The notes under the pieces are model-generated. The model had not been told where the DNA came from, did not search any database, and saw only the letters and a list, made by a program, of their open reading frames with translations. From Holophagales bacterium (GTDB lineage Bacteria > Acidobacteriota > Thermoanaerobaculia > Multivoradales > Multivoraceae): a DNA stretch of 64,000 bases. A program made the translations under genes and the position numbers. This document shows positions 1 to 9,160 of the stretch, piece by piece. The stretch covers positions 31,498 to 95,497 of the forward strand of contig VXSP01000014.1 in assembly GCA_009837885.1 (NCBI GenBank), given 5' to 3'. Every line of letters begins with the position of its first letter. Position 1 is the first letter of the stretch.

Positions 1-185
1 TCGATCCGGACGATCCGGGCGTGGGCATGCGGACAAGTCAGGATCTTCGCGGCCAGCAGGCCCCTCGGGTTCTGGTCGGACGGGTACTTCGCGAACCCGG
101 TCGACTTGACCGGACCGTCGAGTCGCGCCGGCCGGGCTCCGATCTGGGCCCTCCGGTCCGCCTCCGGCCACGAGTAGTCAGCCAC
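1..185 (-). CDS. Xanthine dehydrogenase/aldehyde oxidase family molybdopterin-binding large subunit, N-terminal fragment (continues beyond window start)
   Basis: Minus-strand frame (not in ORF track; runs off the window edge) reads V-ADYSWPEADRRAQIGARPARLDGPVKSTGFAKYPSDQNPRGLLAAKILTCPHAHARIVRID, a typical N-terminus of Moco large subunits. GTG start at 183-185 overlaps the TGA of the upstream 2Fe-2S gene (GTGA). Confidence 0.7.
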   Translation of the reverse strand, partial: MADYSWPEADRRAQIGARPARLDGPVKSTGFAKYPSDQNPRGLLAAKILTCPHAHARIVRI

Positions 186-825
186 CGCTCACTCCTCCGC
201 CCTTGCCGCCCGCGACCACGGCGCGAATGCCCTTGTAGGTCCCGCAGCGGCAGAAGTTGCCGCCAAGGCCCGCTTCGATCTCCGGTTCCGAAGGCGCCGG
301 GTGACGCGCGAGCAACGCCGCGGTCGCCACGACGAACCCCGGTGTGCAGAACCCGCACTGCTGCGCATCGTTGTCGACGAAGGCCTGCTGCACGTCGTGC
401 ATGGCGTCCGGCGACCCCAGTCCCTCGACCGTCGTGATGCTGCGTCCCGCGGACTCGATCATCAGCCGGCTGCACGCGTAGATCGGGCGGCCGTCCTCGA
501 GCACGGTGCAGGCGCCGCAGGTGCCGCGGTCGCAGACCCGTTTCGGACCCGTCACGTCCAGTCGATGGCGCAGGCCGTCGAGCAGGGTGACCCGTGGTTC
601 CACCGCCAGCCGGTGGGTGGCGCCGTTCACTTCGAGTTCGACGTCGACCGGACCCGGACCGACCGTTTCCGTCGCTTCCGAGTCGGCCGCCGCGGCGCCG
701 GCCTCACCGGTCAGCAGGCCCGTGGTCAGACCGCCCGAGAGGGCGCCCGCGGCGCCGCCACGCAGGAACGACCGGCGAGAGAATCCTGACCGCTTTGCGT
801 CGTCCGTCACGCGCCTACCCTTCAT
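178..825 (-). CDS. (2Fe-2S)-binding small subunit of a periplasmic molybdo-oxidoreductase (CoxS/PaoA/IorA-like), TAT signal
   Basis: 215 aa. SRRSFLRG twin-arginine motif; CGAC and CGFC-x-C cysteine clusters typical of 2Fe-2S ferredoxin-like plus 4-helix 2Fe-2S domains. Confidence 0.9.
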   Translation of the reverse strand: MKGRRVTDDAKRSGFSRRSFLRGGAAGALSGGLTTGLLTGEAGAAAADSEATETVGPGPVDVELEVNGATHRLAVEPRVTLLDGLRHRLDVTGPKRVCDRGTCGACTVLEDGRPIYACSRLMIESAGRSITTVEGLGSPDAMHDVQQAFVDNDAQQCGFCTPGFVVATAALLARHPAPSEPEIEAGLGGNFCRCGTYKGIRAVVAGGKGGGVSGG

Positions 826-880
826 CTACGCCCAACTGAATCGAAGCGAATCGGAAGCCGCCACTCTACCAGTTGGAGCC

Positions 881-2002
881 CTACGAACGTGCGCTCGCGT
901 CCCGATGTCGAAGCCGGCGACACACCTCGACGAACTGGGACAGCCCGTCCGCGGTCAGCATCCCCTGCAACTCATGGTCGCGAACGACCCAGAGCGCCCT
1001 CGCCGGACTCTGGAGATCCCGCAGCACGTCCAGCAGGTCGCAGTCCTCCGCCACCGTCAGCGGGTCCCGGTTCATGAGCTCCAGCAGGGGCGTGTCGCCA
1101 GGAAACCGGGTCACCGATTCGAGCAGACGGTCGCGGTCCACTTCCCCGGCCACCCTGCCCCAGCCGTCGACCACCGGAAACTGGCGCTGCGTGGTCGAGA
1201 GCAGCAGGCGGACCGCCCACTCGATCGTGTCCTGGGGCGCCAGGCGCTCGCAGCGGGTCATCATCGCTTCGCCCGCCCGGCGACCCTGTAGCACCTGGAG
1301 CGTCTTGACCAGGGAGGACTCCCGGCTCGCGCCCACGAGGATGAAGAAGGCAGTCAGGAACAGGAACAGGTTGAACGCCACGCCGAACTGCCAGGGGATG
1401 AGAGCGGCGAGACCGAGAAGACCGGCGAGCACCATGCCCAGGCGGGTGGCGACCTTGGTCGCCCGCTCCTGCCCCATGGCGAAGGAGAGAGCCGAACGAA
1501 GGATGCGGCCGCCGTCGAGCGGGAACGCGGGGAGCAGATTCAGCGCGAACAGCAAGAGGTTACCGGCCAGCAGCCACTGCAGCGCCGACGGCACGTCGAC
1601 GACCGCTCCGGCGCCCAACGGCGGGAGCCCGGCGACCGTCAGCCCGATGAAGAGCACGATCGCGAGTACCAGGTTGAGCAGGGGACCTGCGGCGGCGATC
1701 GCCAACTCGACCATGCCCTTGGGATAGCCGTCCAGGCGCGCCACGCCGCAGACCGGAGTCAGGACGATGTCACGGGTCTCGATGCCGAACCGCCGGGCCA
1801 TGAGGGCATGGCCGAGTTCGTGGACGATGACGCTCGCCAGCAGACCGACGACGACGAACGTCAGCAACAGCGCGCTGCTGCCCATGTCCGGCGCCAGCAC
1901 CGCCAGCCAGACGAACAGGAGGATGAACGTGAAGTGGATCCGCACCCTGATCCCGAACAGGGTCAGCATGTGGAACGCGAGGCCGCGCGCCAGGGGTCTC
2001 AT
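881..2002 (-). CDS. Site-2 protease family zinc metallopeptidase (M50) with C-terminal CBS domains
   Basis: HELGHAL HExxH motif, multiple TM segments, LDGG motif, CBS-like C-terminus. ATG at 2002 overlaps the upstream aminotransferase stop (ATGA at 1999-2002). The track ORF 881..2704 is an N-terminally over-extended version. Confidence 0.85.
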   Translation of the reverse strand: MRPLARGLAFHMLTLFGIRVRIHFTFILLFVWLAVLAPDMGSSALLLTFVVVGLLASVIVHELGHALMARRFGIETRDIVLTPVCGVARLDGYPKGMVELAIAAAGPLLNLVLAIVLFIGLTVAGLPPLGAGAVVDVPSALQWLLAGNLLLFALNLLPAFPLDGGRILRSALSFAMGQERATKVATRLGMVLAGLLGLAALIPWQFGVAFNLFLFLTAFFILVGASRESSLVKTLQVLQGRRAGEAMMTRCERLAPQDTIEWAVRLLLSTTQRQFPVVDGWGRVAGEVDRDRLLESVTRFPGDTPLLELMNRDPLTVAEDCDLLDVLRDLQSPARALWVVRDHELQGMLTADGLSQFVEVCRRLRHRDASARS

Positions 2003-3171
2003 CCCGCTCGACCTCCGGCAGCGAAGGACGGAGCGACGTGCCCGGTCGACCGGCTGAGAACGCGGACGAGGCCCTCGAGCCCTGAAGCCAGCACCTCGTC
2101 GCTGCAGGCGAAAGACAGCCGCAGGTGACCCTCGCAGCCGAAGGCGGAACCGGGCGTGGCGGCGACGCGCGCCTCGTCCAGCAGGCGGCGGCAGAGGGAA
2201 GCGGAGTCGGAACACGACTCGTCGAGGCAGGCCCTCACGTCCGGGAAGGCGTAGAACGCCCCGGCCGGCGGCGGGCAGACGACTCCGGGCACCCGGCCCA
2301 GTTCCCGGAGCACGAGGTCCCGCCGGCGCGCACAGGCCGCGACCAGCGCCGCCGACTCGGGCGGCTCCTCCGCCAGGACCGCTTCGGCCCCGGCCATCGC
2401 GAAGGAGGTCGCGTTCGAGGTCACGTGGCTCTGGACGGCGGCCGCGGCCGTCACGACGCCGGCCGAACCGAGCAGATAGCCCACTCGCCAGCCGGTCATG
2501 GCGTAGCTCTTCGAGAACGAACCGACCAGCACCACGGTCTCCGGGTAGCGGGCCGCCAGCGCCGCGACGCTGGCGTGACGCCGGCCGTCGTAGACGAAGC
2601 GCTCGTAGGTCTCGTCCGAGATGAGGAGCGCCCCCCGCTCGGCGCAGGCCGAGGCCAGGCGCTCCAGATCGAGGATGGAGGCCACGGCTCCCGTCGGATT
2701 GCACGGCGTGTTGACGATCACCGCCCGGGTCCGTTGCGACATCGCCTCGATCAGCGGCTGGGCCCGGATGGCGAAGCCGTCCTCCGCCGCCATCGGCACA
2801 GTCACCGCCTCGGCCCCCGCGAGTCGCACCTGGGCCGGAATGCTGACCCAGGCCGGCGTGGGTATCACCGCTTCGTCGCCCGGGCCCAGAAACGCCCGGG
2901 CAAGCTGGTACAGGGCCGCCTTCGCGCCCACCGTGACCAGCACGTTGGCCGCGCTCCAGGGCGCTCCAGAGGCGCCGTACCGTTCCGCCAAAGCCGCTCT
3001 CAACTCGTTCGTGCCCTCCAGGACCGTATACTTCGTCCTGCCCTCGTCGAGGGCTCGCTGTGCAGCCTTCACGGCTGTCTCGGGCGAGGGGAAGTCGGGC
3101 TCTCCGGCTCCCAGGTCTAGGACCTCGATTCCCTCGCTGCGAAGCTCGGCAACCCGCCGGGAAACCGCCAT
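1999..3171 (-). CDS. Class I/II pyridoxal-phosphate-dependent aminotransferase (aspartate/aromatic aminotransferase-like)
   Basis: SFSKSYAMTGWRVGY PLP-lysine motif, GEPDF, NTPCNPTG. Start ambiguous between ATG at 3171 (MAVSRRVAEL..., preferred), 3201 and 3225. Confidence 0.85.
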   Translation of the reverse strand: MAVSRRVAELRSEGIEVLDLGAGEPDFPSPETAVKAAQRALDEGRTKYTVLEGTNELRAALAERYGASGAPWSAANVLVTVGAKAALYQLARAFLGPGDEAVIPTPAWVSIPAQVRLAGAEAVTVPMAAEDGFAIRAQPLIEAMSQRTRAVIVNTPCNPTGAVASILDLERLASACAERGALLISDETYERFVYDGRRHASVAALAARYPETVVLVGSFSKSYAMTGWRVGYLLGSAGVVTAAAAVQSHVTSNATSFAMAGAEAVLAEEPPESAALVAACARRRDLVLRELGRVPGVVCPPPAGAFYAFPDVRACLDESCSDSASLCRRLLDEARVAATPGSAFGCEGHLRLSFACSDEVLASGLEGLVRVLSRSTGHVAPSFAAGGRAG

Positions 3172-3199
3172 CGTCGCCGACTCGCGCTCACCGGAAGCC

Positions 3200-5089
3200 A
3201 TGAAGCAGGATCGTAACAGCGGCAAGGCCCTCCGAACCGCCGTCCTTTTCGTCGCGGCAACGGCTCTGGCCGTGGCGGCGAGCGGTCAGTTCAGAACGCC
3301 ACAAATGGCTTCGCTCGAGGCCTTTGCCGACCTCACCTCCTACGCCCCCGGCGACTCCGTGCGCATCGCCGCGGTGATCAACATCGAAGACGGCTGGCAC
3401 ATCCAGAGCCACACACCGACTTTCGATTATCTGATCGCCACCGAGATCGCCTTCGAGCTGCCCGCCGGCTGGCCGCAGCCGGATGTCCGCTATCCCGACC
3501 ACATCATGTGGCAGTTCGGGTTCTCGGAGGATCTGCTCGCGGTCTACGAGCACGAGGCGGTGATCCACGCGGGATTCGATCTGCCCACGGACGCGACAGC
3601 CGGTGTCGTCGACGTGTCGGCCGAACTCCTCTACCAGGCCTGTGACGACATCCAGTGCCTGCCGCCGATCACGGCCGAGGCAACGGTCTCGCTTGAGATC
3701 GGAGCGACCGGGGAGCCAACGGGACATCCCGCCTTCGAAGCCGCGCCGACGGCTCCGCCCCGGACCGGCCAAGGCCTGAGCCTCCTCGCCGCGCTGCTCC
3801 CGGCACTGCTGGGCGGCCTGATCCTGAACGGCATGCCGTGCGTCCTGCCGATCGTCTCGCTCAAGCTCTTCGGGTTCGCCCAGGCGTCGGGCAGACCCCG
3901 CCGCGAGATCGTGGCCGGGGCGCTGATGACGACCCTGGGCATCCTGGTCTCGTTCTGGGCACTGGCCGGCGCGACGCTCCTCGCCCGCTCGGCCGGGCAG
4001 GCGATCGGCTGGGGCATCCAGTTCCAGAACCCCGTGTTCGTGACCTTCCTGGCCCTGGTGCTCACCCTGTTCAGCCTGAACGTCTGGGGCCTGTTCGAGA
4101 TCAACCTGCCGCACGCACTCGCCAACCGGCTGGGCGGCCACACGCACTCGGCGCATGAGGGGCACTCGCACTCGCACTCGCATTCGCACTCCGCGCCCGC
4201 CGCCAACCAACAGGCCGGCGGCGGGGCCGGCTACTCCGGGCACTTCTTCTCCGGCGTGTTCGCCACCCTGATGGCCACGCCCTGCTCGGCGCCCTTCCTG
4301 GGCACCGCGGTCGGATTCGCGCTGAGCCAGCCGGCGACCACGATCGTCTTCGTGTTCACGGCGGTCGGCGTCGGCCTCGCCACTCCCTACCTGCTGCTGG
4401 CCGCCATGCCGCGAGCCACGCGGCTGCTGCCCCGGCCCGGCGAGTGGATGGCGACGCTGCGCGGCGTCATGGGCTTTCTGATCGCCGGAACGACGATCTG
4501 GCTGCTCTACGTGCTCGCGGCCCAGATGGACAGCGCCCGGCTCGCCTTCCTGGAGATCGGCCTGCTCAGCCTGGCCCTCTTCATCTGGCTGCAGAGCCGG
4601 AGCCGGAAGACGGGTCTGCGCGTCTTCGGTCGCGCCGGCGCGGTCGCGGCGGCCGTCCTGGTGCTGCTGCTCGCGAACGGCGCGACCGCCCAATCCCGCG
4701 GCCCCGGCGCCGCACCGAGCGGCGTGCAGGTCCTGGACTGGGTGCCGTGGGACCCGGTGCAGGCCGAGACGCTCGCCGCCGAAGGCCGGCTGGTCTTCGT
4801 CGACGTCACGGCGGACTGGTGCGCGACCTGCAAGGTGAACGAGCGGCTGGTGCTCGAGACCGACGAGACGGCCGAGCTCTTCGACCGCTACCAGGTGGTC
4901 GCGATGAAGGCCGACTGGACCAACCGGAACGACGACATAGCCCGCTACCTGGCGAGTTTCGGCCGCTACGGGATCCCGTTCTACGCCCTCTACCGGCCCG
5001 GACAGGAGCCCCACGTGTTCAGCGAACTGCTGCGCGGCGGCAGGCTGGAGGAAGCGATCAGGAACTCAGCCGGCGGCGAGGCCGGCTGA
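3200..5089 (+). CDS. dsbD: Thiol:disulfide interchange protein DsbD (protein-disulfide reductase)
   Basis: Signal peptide, N-terminal DsbD-alpha-like domain, central TM domain with CVLP motif, C-terminal thioredoxin-like WCATC. True ATG at 3200 lies inside the track ORF 2621..5089. Contains an unusual HTHSAHEGHSHSHSHSHS loop. Confidence 0.9.
   Translation: MKQDRNSGKALRTAVLFVAATALAVAASGQFRTPQMASLEAFADLTSYAPGDSVRIAAVINIEDGWHIQSHTPTFDYLIATEIAFELPAGWPQPDVRYPDHIMWQFGFSEDLLAVYEHEAVIHAGFDLPTDATAGVVDVSAELLYQACDDIQCLPPITAEATVSLEIGATGEPTGHPAFEAAPTAPPRTGQGLSLLAALLPALLGGLILNGMPCVLPIVSLKLFGFAQASGRPRREIVAGALMTTLGILVSFWALAGATLLARSAGQAIGWGIQFQNPVFVTFLALVLTLFSLNVWGLFEINLPHALANRLGGHTHSAHEGHSHSHSHSHSAPAANQQAGGGAGYSGHFFSGVFATLMATPCSAPFLGTAVGFALSQPATTIVFVFTAVGVGLATPYLLLAAMPRATRLLPRPGEWMATLRGVMGFLIAGTTIWLLYVLAAQMDSARLAFLEIGLLSLALFIWLQSRSRKTGLRVFGRAGAVAAAVLVLLLANGATAQSRGPGAAPSGVQVLDWVPWDPVQAETLAAEGRLVFVDVTADWCATCKVNERLVLETDETAELFDRYQVVAMKADWTNRNDDIARYLASFGRYGIPFYALYRPGQEPHVFSELLRGGRLEEAIRNSAGGEAG
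4164..4193 (+). repeat. Hexanucleotide tandem repeat (CACTCG)n inside dsbD encoding (His-Ser)n
   Basis: cactcgcactcgcactcgcattcgcactcc seen directly; about 5 units with one variant. Confidence 0.8.
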
Positions 5090-5104
5090 CGGCGACAGAG
5101 GCGC

Positions 5105-6202
5105 TCAGAGCGGCCGCCCCGGCGCCGCCACGAAGACATCCCCCTCGCCTTCTTCATTCACGGTGAAGATCCGGTCGAGCCGGCGCACGGTGGCGCCGGC
5201 GTCGAAGTCCAGGCACAGGTCCGCGCCGTCCAGCATGCCTGTGGCGCCCTCGGCGCTGTCCGCGAACAGGACGGCCCAACGGTCGCCGACGTGAACGAGA
5301 TCACCCGGCGCCGGCGAGCCTTCACCGGCGGCGCTCCACGCGGTGCTGCCGTCGAGCGGCGCGAGTTCCCAGGTCAGGTCCTCCCAGGCGACGCCGCCCG
5401 CGGCGAGAATGTCCCGCAGCACGGAGACCTGGCTGAATGCGAGGCGGTCGTCGTAGAGCTGCTGCAGCCGGGCTACGGCTGAAGCCTCCCACCCGTCCCC
5501 TTGCCGGTGGATGCCGGGCAGACCGAAGACCGCCGATGGGGTACCCAGCGCGCCCGGCAGCCGTGCCTCGAGCCGGGTGGCGTCGGGGGGAACGGGGGAT
5601 CTGACGCGCTGATCCGGGACCAGCGCGTCCTCGTCGAGCGCCGCCTCGACCCAGACCTGGTAGCGGAGGGTGCCGAAATCCCGGTCGATGTCGGGACCGT
5701 CCTTCTCGAGCCAACCGTCGAAGTGGGCGTCGAGCGTGCCGTCGATCGACCAGGCGCTGCCCCACTCCGGGCGGAAGAAGGGCTCGTAGGCGAAGCGCTC
5801 GACGTCGGCGCCGTCCTCCAGCTCCCGGAAAGGAACGCCGTGTTCGACGCTGAACCAGAGCATTCGTACCCAGCCCAGCCCGCCGATCCGTTCCGGCGGA
5901 AGGGCCTCGACCCGGCGGCCGTCGATCTCGACCTGGGGAACGGCGCTGTAGTAGACGGGTTCGCCTGGTTCGTCGCCGCGCGGCTCCGTCGCGAGAATCG
6001 CGTGCAAGCGGAAACCCTGACCAGCGAGCATCTCGATGTCGCCCGTCCGCGCCACGCCATCGCCACCTACCTCGATGCCAACCCAGGCGGCGGACAGGGT
6101 CGGCGCACGCAGCCGCTCCGCTCGCGGCAGGAACCAGAGGACCGCCGCCGCCACCGCGACGATCACGCCGATGATCAGGAACAGCAGGCGATTCCCTTGC
6201 AC
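5105..6202 (-). CDS. Hypothetical membrane-anchored protein (single N-terminal TM helix, acidic, Trp-rich extracytoplasmic domain)
   Basis: 365-aa ORF with strong GC3 codon bias and a hydrophobic N-terminus LLFLIIGVIVAVAAAVLWFL; no family recognised. Confidence 0.6.
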   Translation of the reverse strand: MQGNRLLFLIIGVIVAVAAAVLWFLPRAERLRAPTLSAAWVGIEVGGDGVARTGDIEMLAGQGFRLHAILATEPRGDEPGEPVYYSAVPQVEIDGRRVEALPPERIGGLGWVRMLWFSVEHGVPFRELEDGADVERFAYEPFFRPEWGSAWSIDGTLDAHFDGWLEKDGPDIDRDFGTLRYQVWVEAALDEDALVPDQRVRSPVPPDATRLEARLPGALGTPSAVFGLPGIHRQGDGWEASAVARLQQLYDDRLAFSQVSVLRDILAAGGVAWEDLTWELAPLDGSTAWSAAGEGSPAPGDLVHVGDRWAVLFADSAEGATGMLDGADLCLDFDAGATVRRLDRIFTVNEEGEGDVFVAAPGRPL

Positions 6203-6211
6203 GCGACGATC

Positions 6212-6883
6212 CTAGTAGGTCTCATCCCCCCGGCCGGGCAGCACGGAGCGGAAGGTCAGCCGATGAAGCGGCGTCGGGCCGAGCTCCCGTAGCGCGGCGC
6301 GATGACGTTCCGAGGCATAACCCTTGTGGCTGGCGAAGCCGAAGCCCGGGTACTGGCGGTCGTACGCCGTCATCATCCGGTCCCTGTCCGTCTTGGCGAT
6401 GATCGAGGCGCAGGCGACGGCGAAGCTGAGCGAGTCCGCACGCACCAGCGGCAGCGTCGGGACGGCAGCGCCGCCCACCTCGACCGTGTCGAGCGGCACG
6501 GCATCGACCAGGGCGACCGCGGGCCGAACGGCCAGCGACTGCAGCGCCGTCCGCATCGCCCGGCGAGTCGCTTCCAGCACGTTGACGCGGTCGATCAGCG
6601 CCGCGTCGCCGACACCCGTGGCCCAGGCCACCGCCCTCTGCTTGATCGTCCGCGCCAGCCGTTCCCGCTGCTTCGCGGAAAGCCGTTTGCTGTCGTCGAT
6701 GCCGGGAATCAGGCAGTCAGGACCCACGACGACAGCCGCCGCCACGACCGGTCCGGCGAGACAGCCGCGTCCCGCTTCGTCGATCCCCGCAACGAGCTCG
6801 TAGCCGGCCGCCGCGAACTGATCCTCGAGCCCGCGCAGCAGGCGCAGGCGGTATGTCTCGGCCAGCAGCGCCGCCGCCTTCAG
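6212..6883 (-). CDS. rnhB: Ribonuclease HII
   Basis: [59 protein letters not shown] motifs. The track ORF (6212..6745, GTG) would delete the catalytic DEAGRG motif, so the true start is upstream. No ATG/GTG/TTG in frame; CTG at 6881-6883 overlaps the rplS stop (CTGA). Confidence 0.8.
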   Translation of the reverse strand: MKAAALLAETYRLRLLRGLEDQFAAAGYELVAGIDEAGRGCLAGPVVAAAVVVGPDCLIPGIDDSKRLSAKQRERLARTIKQRAVAWATGVGDAALIDRVNVLEATRRAMRTALQSLAVRPAVALVDAVPLDTVEVGGAAVPTLPLVRADSLSFAVACASIIAKTDRDRMMTAYDRQYPGFGFASHKGYASERHRAALRELGPTPLHRLTFRSVLPGRGDETY

Positions 6884-7227
6884 CGGTCGCGACGCTCCTC
6901 GATACGAGCGGCGCGGCCGCGCAGCTTCCGCAGGTAGTAGAGCTTCGCCCGACGCACCTTGCCGCGGCGAACGACCTCGATCTGGCCGATCACCGGCGAA
7001 TGGAGCGGGAAGATGCGCTCGACACCGATTCCGCCCGAGACCTTGCGCACAGTGAAGGTCTCCCGGGTGCCGCTGCCCCGCCGGGCGATCACCACGCCCT
7101 GGAAGATCTGGATGCGCTCCTTGGCGCCCTCCCGAACGCGGACGTGGACCTTGACCGTGTCTCCGGCCCGGAAATCCGGCAGGCCATCCCGCACGTACTC
7201 CTGCTCAACCTGCTGTAGATCGTGCAT
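6880..7227 (-). CDS. rplS: 50S ribosomal protein L19
   Basis: [51 protein letters not shown]... 115 aa, highly conserved L19 sequence, inside the spurious 215-aa track ORF. Confidence 0.95.
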   Translation of the reverse strand: MHDLQQVEQEYVRDGLPDFRAGDTVKVHVRVREGAKERIQIFQGVVIARRGSGTRETFTVRKVSGGIGVERIFPLHSPVIGQIEVVRRGKVRRAKLYYLRKLRGRAARIEERRDR

Positions 7228-7273
7228 TGCGTGTCCCTCCGAGCCGCCCAACCCCCAAGCGGCAGGAGGCGGA

Positions 7274-7996
7274 TTATCGCCTGTTCGATGCCTTCGGCGC
7301 AACCTCTCGACCGCGCGCGTCTCCAGCCAGCAGGTCCGGCCGCTTGCGGCGCGTCGCTTCGAGCGCCTGCTCACGCCGCCAGACGTCGATGCGCGCATGG
7401 TCGCCCGATCGCAGCACGTCCGGCACCTCGATCCCCTCGACGGTCCGCGGGCGGGTGTAGTGCGGGTGGTCGAGCAGCCCCGAGCGGAAGCTCTCGTTCT
7501 CGACCGATTCCGGCCGGCCGACCACACCCGGGATGTGCCGCGACACCGCCTCGATGACCGTCATGGCCGGCACTTCGCCGCCGGAGAGAACGTAGTCCCC
7601 GATCGACATCTCGGAGTCGACGACCAGCATCCGCACCCGCTCGTCGATCGCCTCGTAGCGTCCGCACAGGAGCATCAGCCGCTCCTCGCCCGCCAGGCTG
7701 CGCACCCTGGCGTCGTCCAGACGCTCACCCTGCGGCGAGAGCAGGATGCGGTGAGGCTGCGGGCCGTCGCCCGAAACCGCGCGCACCGCACGGAGCCAGG
7801 GAGGCGCCGTCATCACCATGCCGCCGCCACCGCCGTACGGCTCGTCGTCGACGCTCCGGTGCGGATCCTCCGTGTACTCGCGCAGGTCGTGGACGTGAAC
7901 CTCGAGCAGCCCGGCGGCGACCGCCCGCCCGATCAGGCTCGCCCCCAGGAACTCCCGGAAGACGGCCGGGAAGATCGTTATGACGTCGATCCGCAT
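7274..7996 (-). CDS. trmD: tRNA (guanine37-N1)-methyltransferase
   Basis: [10 protein letters not shown]...YGGGGGMVM...[13 protein letters not shown], the TrmD signature. Confidence 0.95.
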   Translation of the reverse strand: MRIDVITIFPAVFREFLGASLIGRAVAAGLLEVHVHDLREYTEDPHRSVDDEPYGGGGGMVMTAPPWLRAVRAVSGDGPQPHRILLSPQGERLDDARVRSLAGEERLMLLCGRYEAIDERVRMLVVDSEMSIGDYVLSGGEVPAMTVIEAVSRHIPGVVGRPESVENESFRSGLLDHPHYTRPRTVEGIEVPDVLRSGDHARIDVWRREQALEATRRKRPDLLAGDARGREVAPKASNRR

Positions 7997-8502
7997 GCCT
8001 CGAGCAGTCCCTCCGGCAGGTCGCTCACAATCAGGCCTTCGCCGATGTCGATCTCCGGCAGCAGCGCGTTGGCGAACGGAACCAGCACGGACCTGCCATC
8101 GCCCTCGGGCGCCGCGACCTCGAGCAGGACGCCGCCGCCATCCTCCACCACGCTGGTGACCTCGCCGAGTTCTCCGAGCCTCCGGTCGACGACGCGGCAG
8201 CCGACGAGCTGGAAGTAGTAGAACGTGCCGTCCTCAGCCGCCGGCACCTGGTCCTCCGGCACCTCGAGCAGGGCGCCGCGGAGTTCCTCCGCGCCGTTGC
8301 GGTCCGTCACGTCCGCGAAGCGGACCAGTTGCCTGCCCCGATGCGGCCGGCTCGTCGCCACCTCCAGTTGCCGGACCCGGCCCCCGACGTCGGCGAGCAA
8401 CCTGGAGCCCATCCGGAATCTCTCGGGATTCTCGCTGTCCGCGTCGATCAGCACCTCGCCCCGCAACCCGTGGGCGCGCAGGACGGCGCCGACCGTGACC
8501 AT
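7978..8502 (-). CDS. rimM: Ribosome maturation factor RimM
   Basis: MVTVGAVLRAHGLRGEV... PRC-barrel C-terminus; overlaps the trmD start in the conserved rpsP-rimM-trmD-rplS order. Internal ATG at 8502 chosen over the track start at 8556. Confidence 0.9.
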   Translation of the reverse strand: MVTVGAVLRAHGLRGEVLIDADSENPERFRMGSRLLADVGGRVRQLEVATSRPHRGRQLVRFADVTDRNGAEELRGALLEVPEDQVPAAEDGTFYYFQLVGCRVVDRRLGELGEVTSVVEDGGGVLLEVAAPEGDGRSVLVPFANALLPEIDIGEGLIVSDLPEGLLEACGSTS

Positions 8503-8563
8503 CTCCGCTCCTTCGCTGCGGGTCGACTGCGGCGGCTCTTTCATTCTCTGCCGCACCGACGCC

Positions 8564-8809
8564 CTAGTCCGGTTCGACGATCTCGACCTCGTAGTACTCG
8601 CCGGCCTCGGCGCCCCGAACTTCCAGCAAGGCGCGCAGCGACCTGACGCTACGGCCCTGACGGCCGATCACGCGTCCGAGTTCCTCCGGCGCCACCTCGA
8701 CCTGCAGGACGATCGCGTCCTCCTCCTCGATCTCCTCGACGCGGACCGCGTCCCCGCGATCCACCATCGACCGAACGACGCCGGCGAGCTGATCGGCGAC
8801 CTCCGACAT
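8564..8809 (-). CDS. KH-domain RNA-binding protein (YlqC/UPF0109 family)
   Basis: MSEVADQLAGVVRSMVD...VAPEELGRVIGRQGRSVRSLRALL, a KH GxxG-like core; conserved position between rpsP and rimM. Confidence 0.8.
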   Translation of the reverse strand: MSEVADQLAGVVRSMVDRGDAVRVEEIEEEDAIVLQVEVAPEELGRVIGRQGRSVRSLRALLEVRGAEAGEYYEVEIVEPD

Positions 8810-8823
8810 GACCGCGAACCTCT

Positions 8824-9078
8824 CTACGATTCCGCGGCGCCCGCCGCGGCCGCCCGCCGCACCAGGCCGCGGACGGTGTCCGTGAGCTGCGCTCCGCGCG
8901 CCACCCAATGGTCGATGCGATCGGACTTCAGCCGGATCACCACCGGGTCCTTGCAGGGGTCGTAGTGCCCGACCTCCTCGATCACCGCCGACGTCGGCAC
9001 CTTGCGGCTGTCCGACACCACCACGCGGTAGAAGGGTCTGTGGCGCGAACCCATGCGCCGGAGTCGTATCTTCACCAT
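8824..9078 (-). CDS. rpsP: 30S ribosomal protein S16
   Basis: MVKIRLRRMGSRHRPFYRVVVSDSRKVPTSAVIEEVGHYDP. Confidence 0.95.
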   Translation of the reverse strand: MVKIRLRRMGSRHRPFYRVVVSDSRKVPTSAVIEEVGHYDPCKDPVVIRLKSDRIDHWVARGAQLTDTVRGLVRRAAAAGAAES

Positions 9079-9160
9079 GTCAGGATCTTCCAGAGTTGTT
9101 CGGGAGTCCGCCCGCCTGGGGCTAGTGGCGAGGCAGCGGCGCAGTCTAGCAGCAGGAACC

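Noticed and set aside
2621-3199. N-terminal 193 aa of track ORF 2621..5089 as an extension of DsbD
   Set aside because: This segment is antisense to the well-supported aminotransferase and has no signal-peptide logic; a proper signal peptide follows the ATG at 3200.
3188-5014. 608-aa ORF antisense to dsbD, and similar very long antisense or alternate-frame ORFs throughout: 9053..10450, 10474..11931, 11469..13277, 14169..16649, 15151..16785, 19561..21234, 21114..23579, 26063..28210, 28516..30273, 29997..32084, 41486..43468, 42442..44112, 45113..46486, 46537..49992, 46875..50372, 49871..51562, 52571..53641, 53118..54029, 54034..55821, 55673..56935, 57007..59190
   Set aside because: In ~70% GC DNA stop codons are rare in all frames. 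These ORFs encode Arg/Ala/Pro/Gly-rich low-complexity sequence with no recognisable motifs, and each overlaps a strongly supported conserved gene on the other strand or frame.
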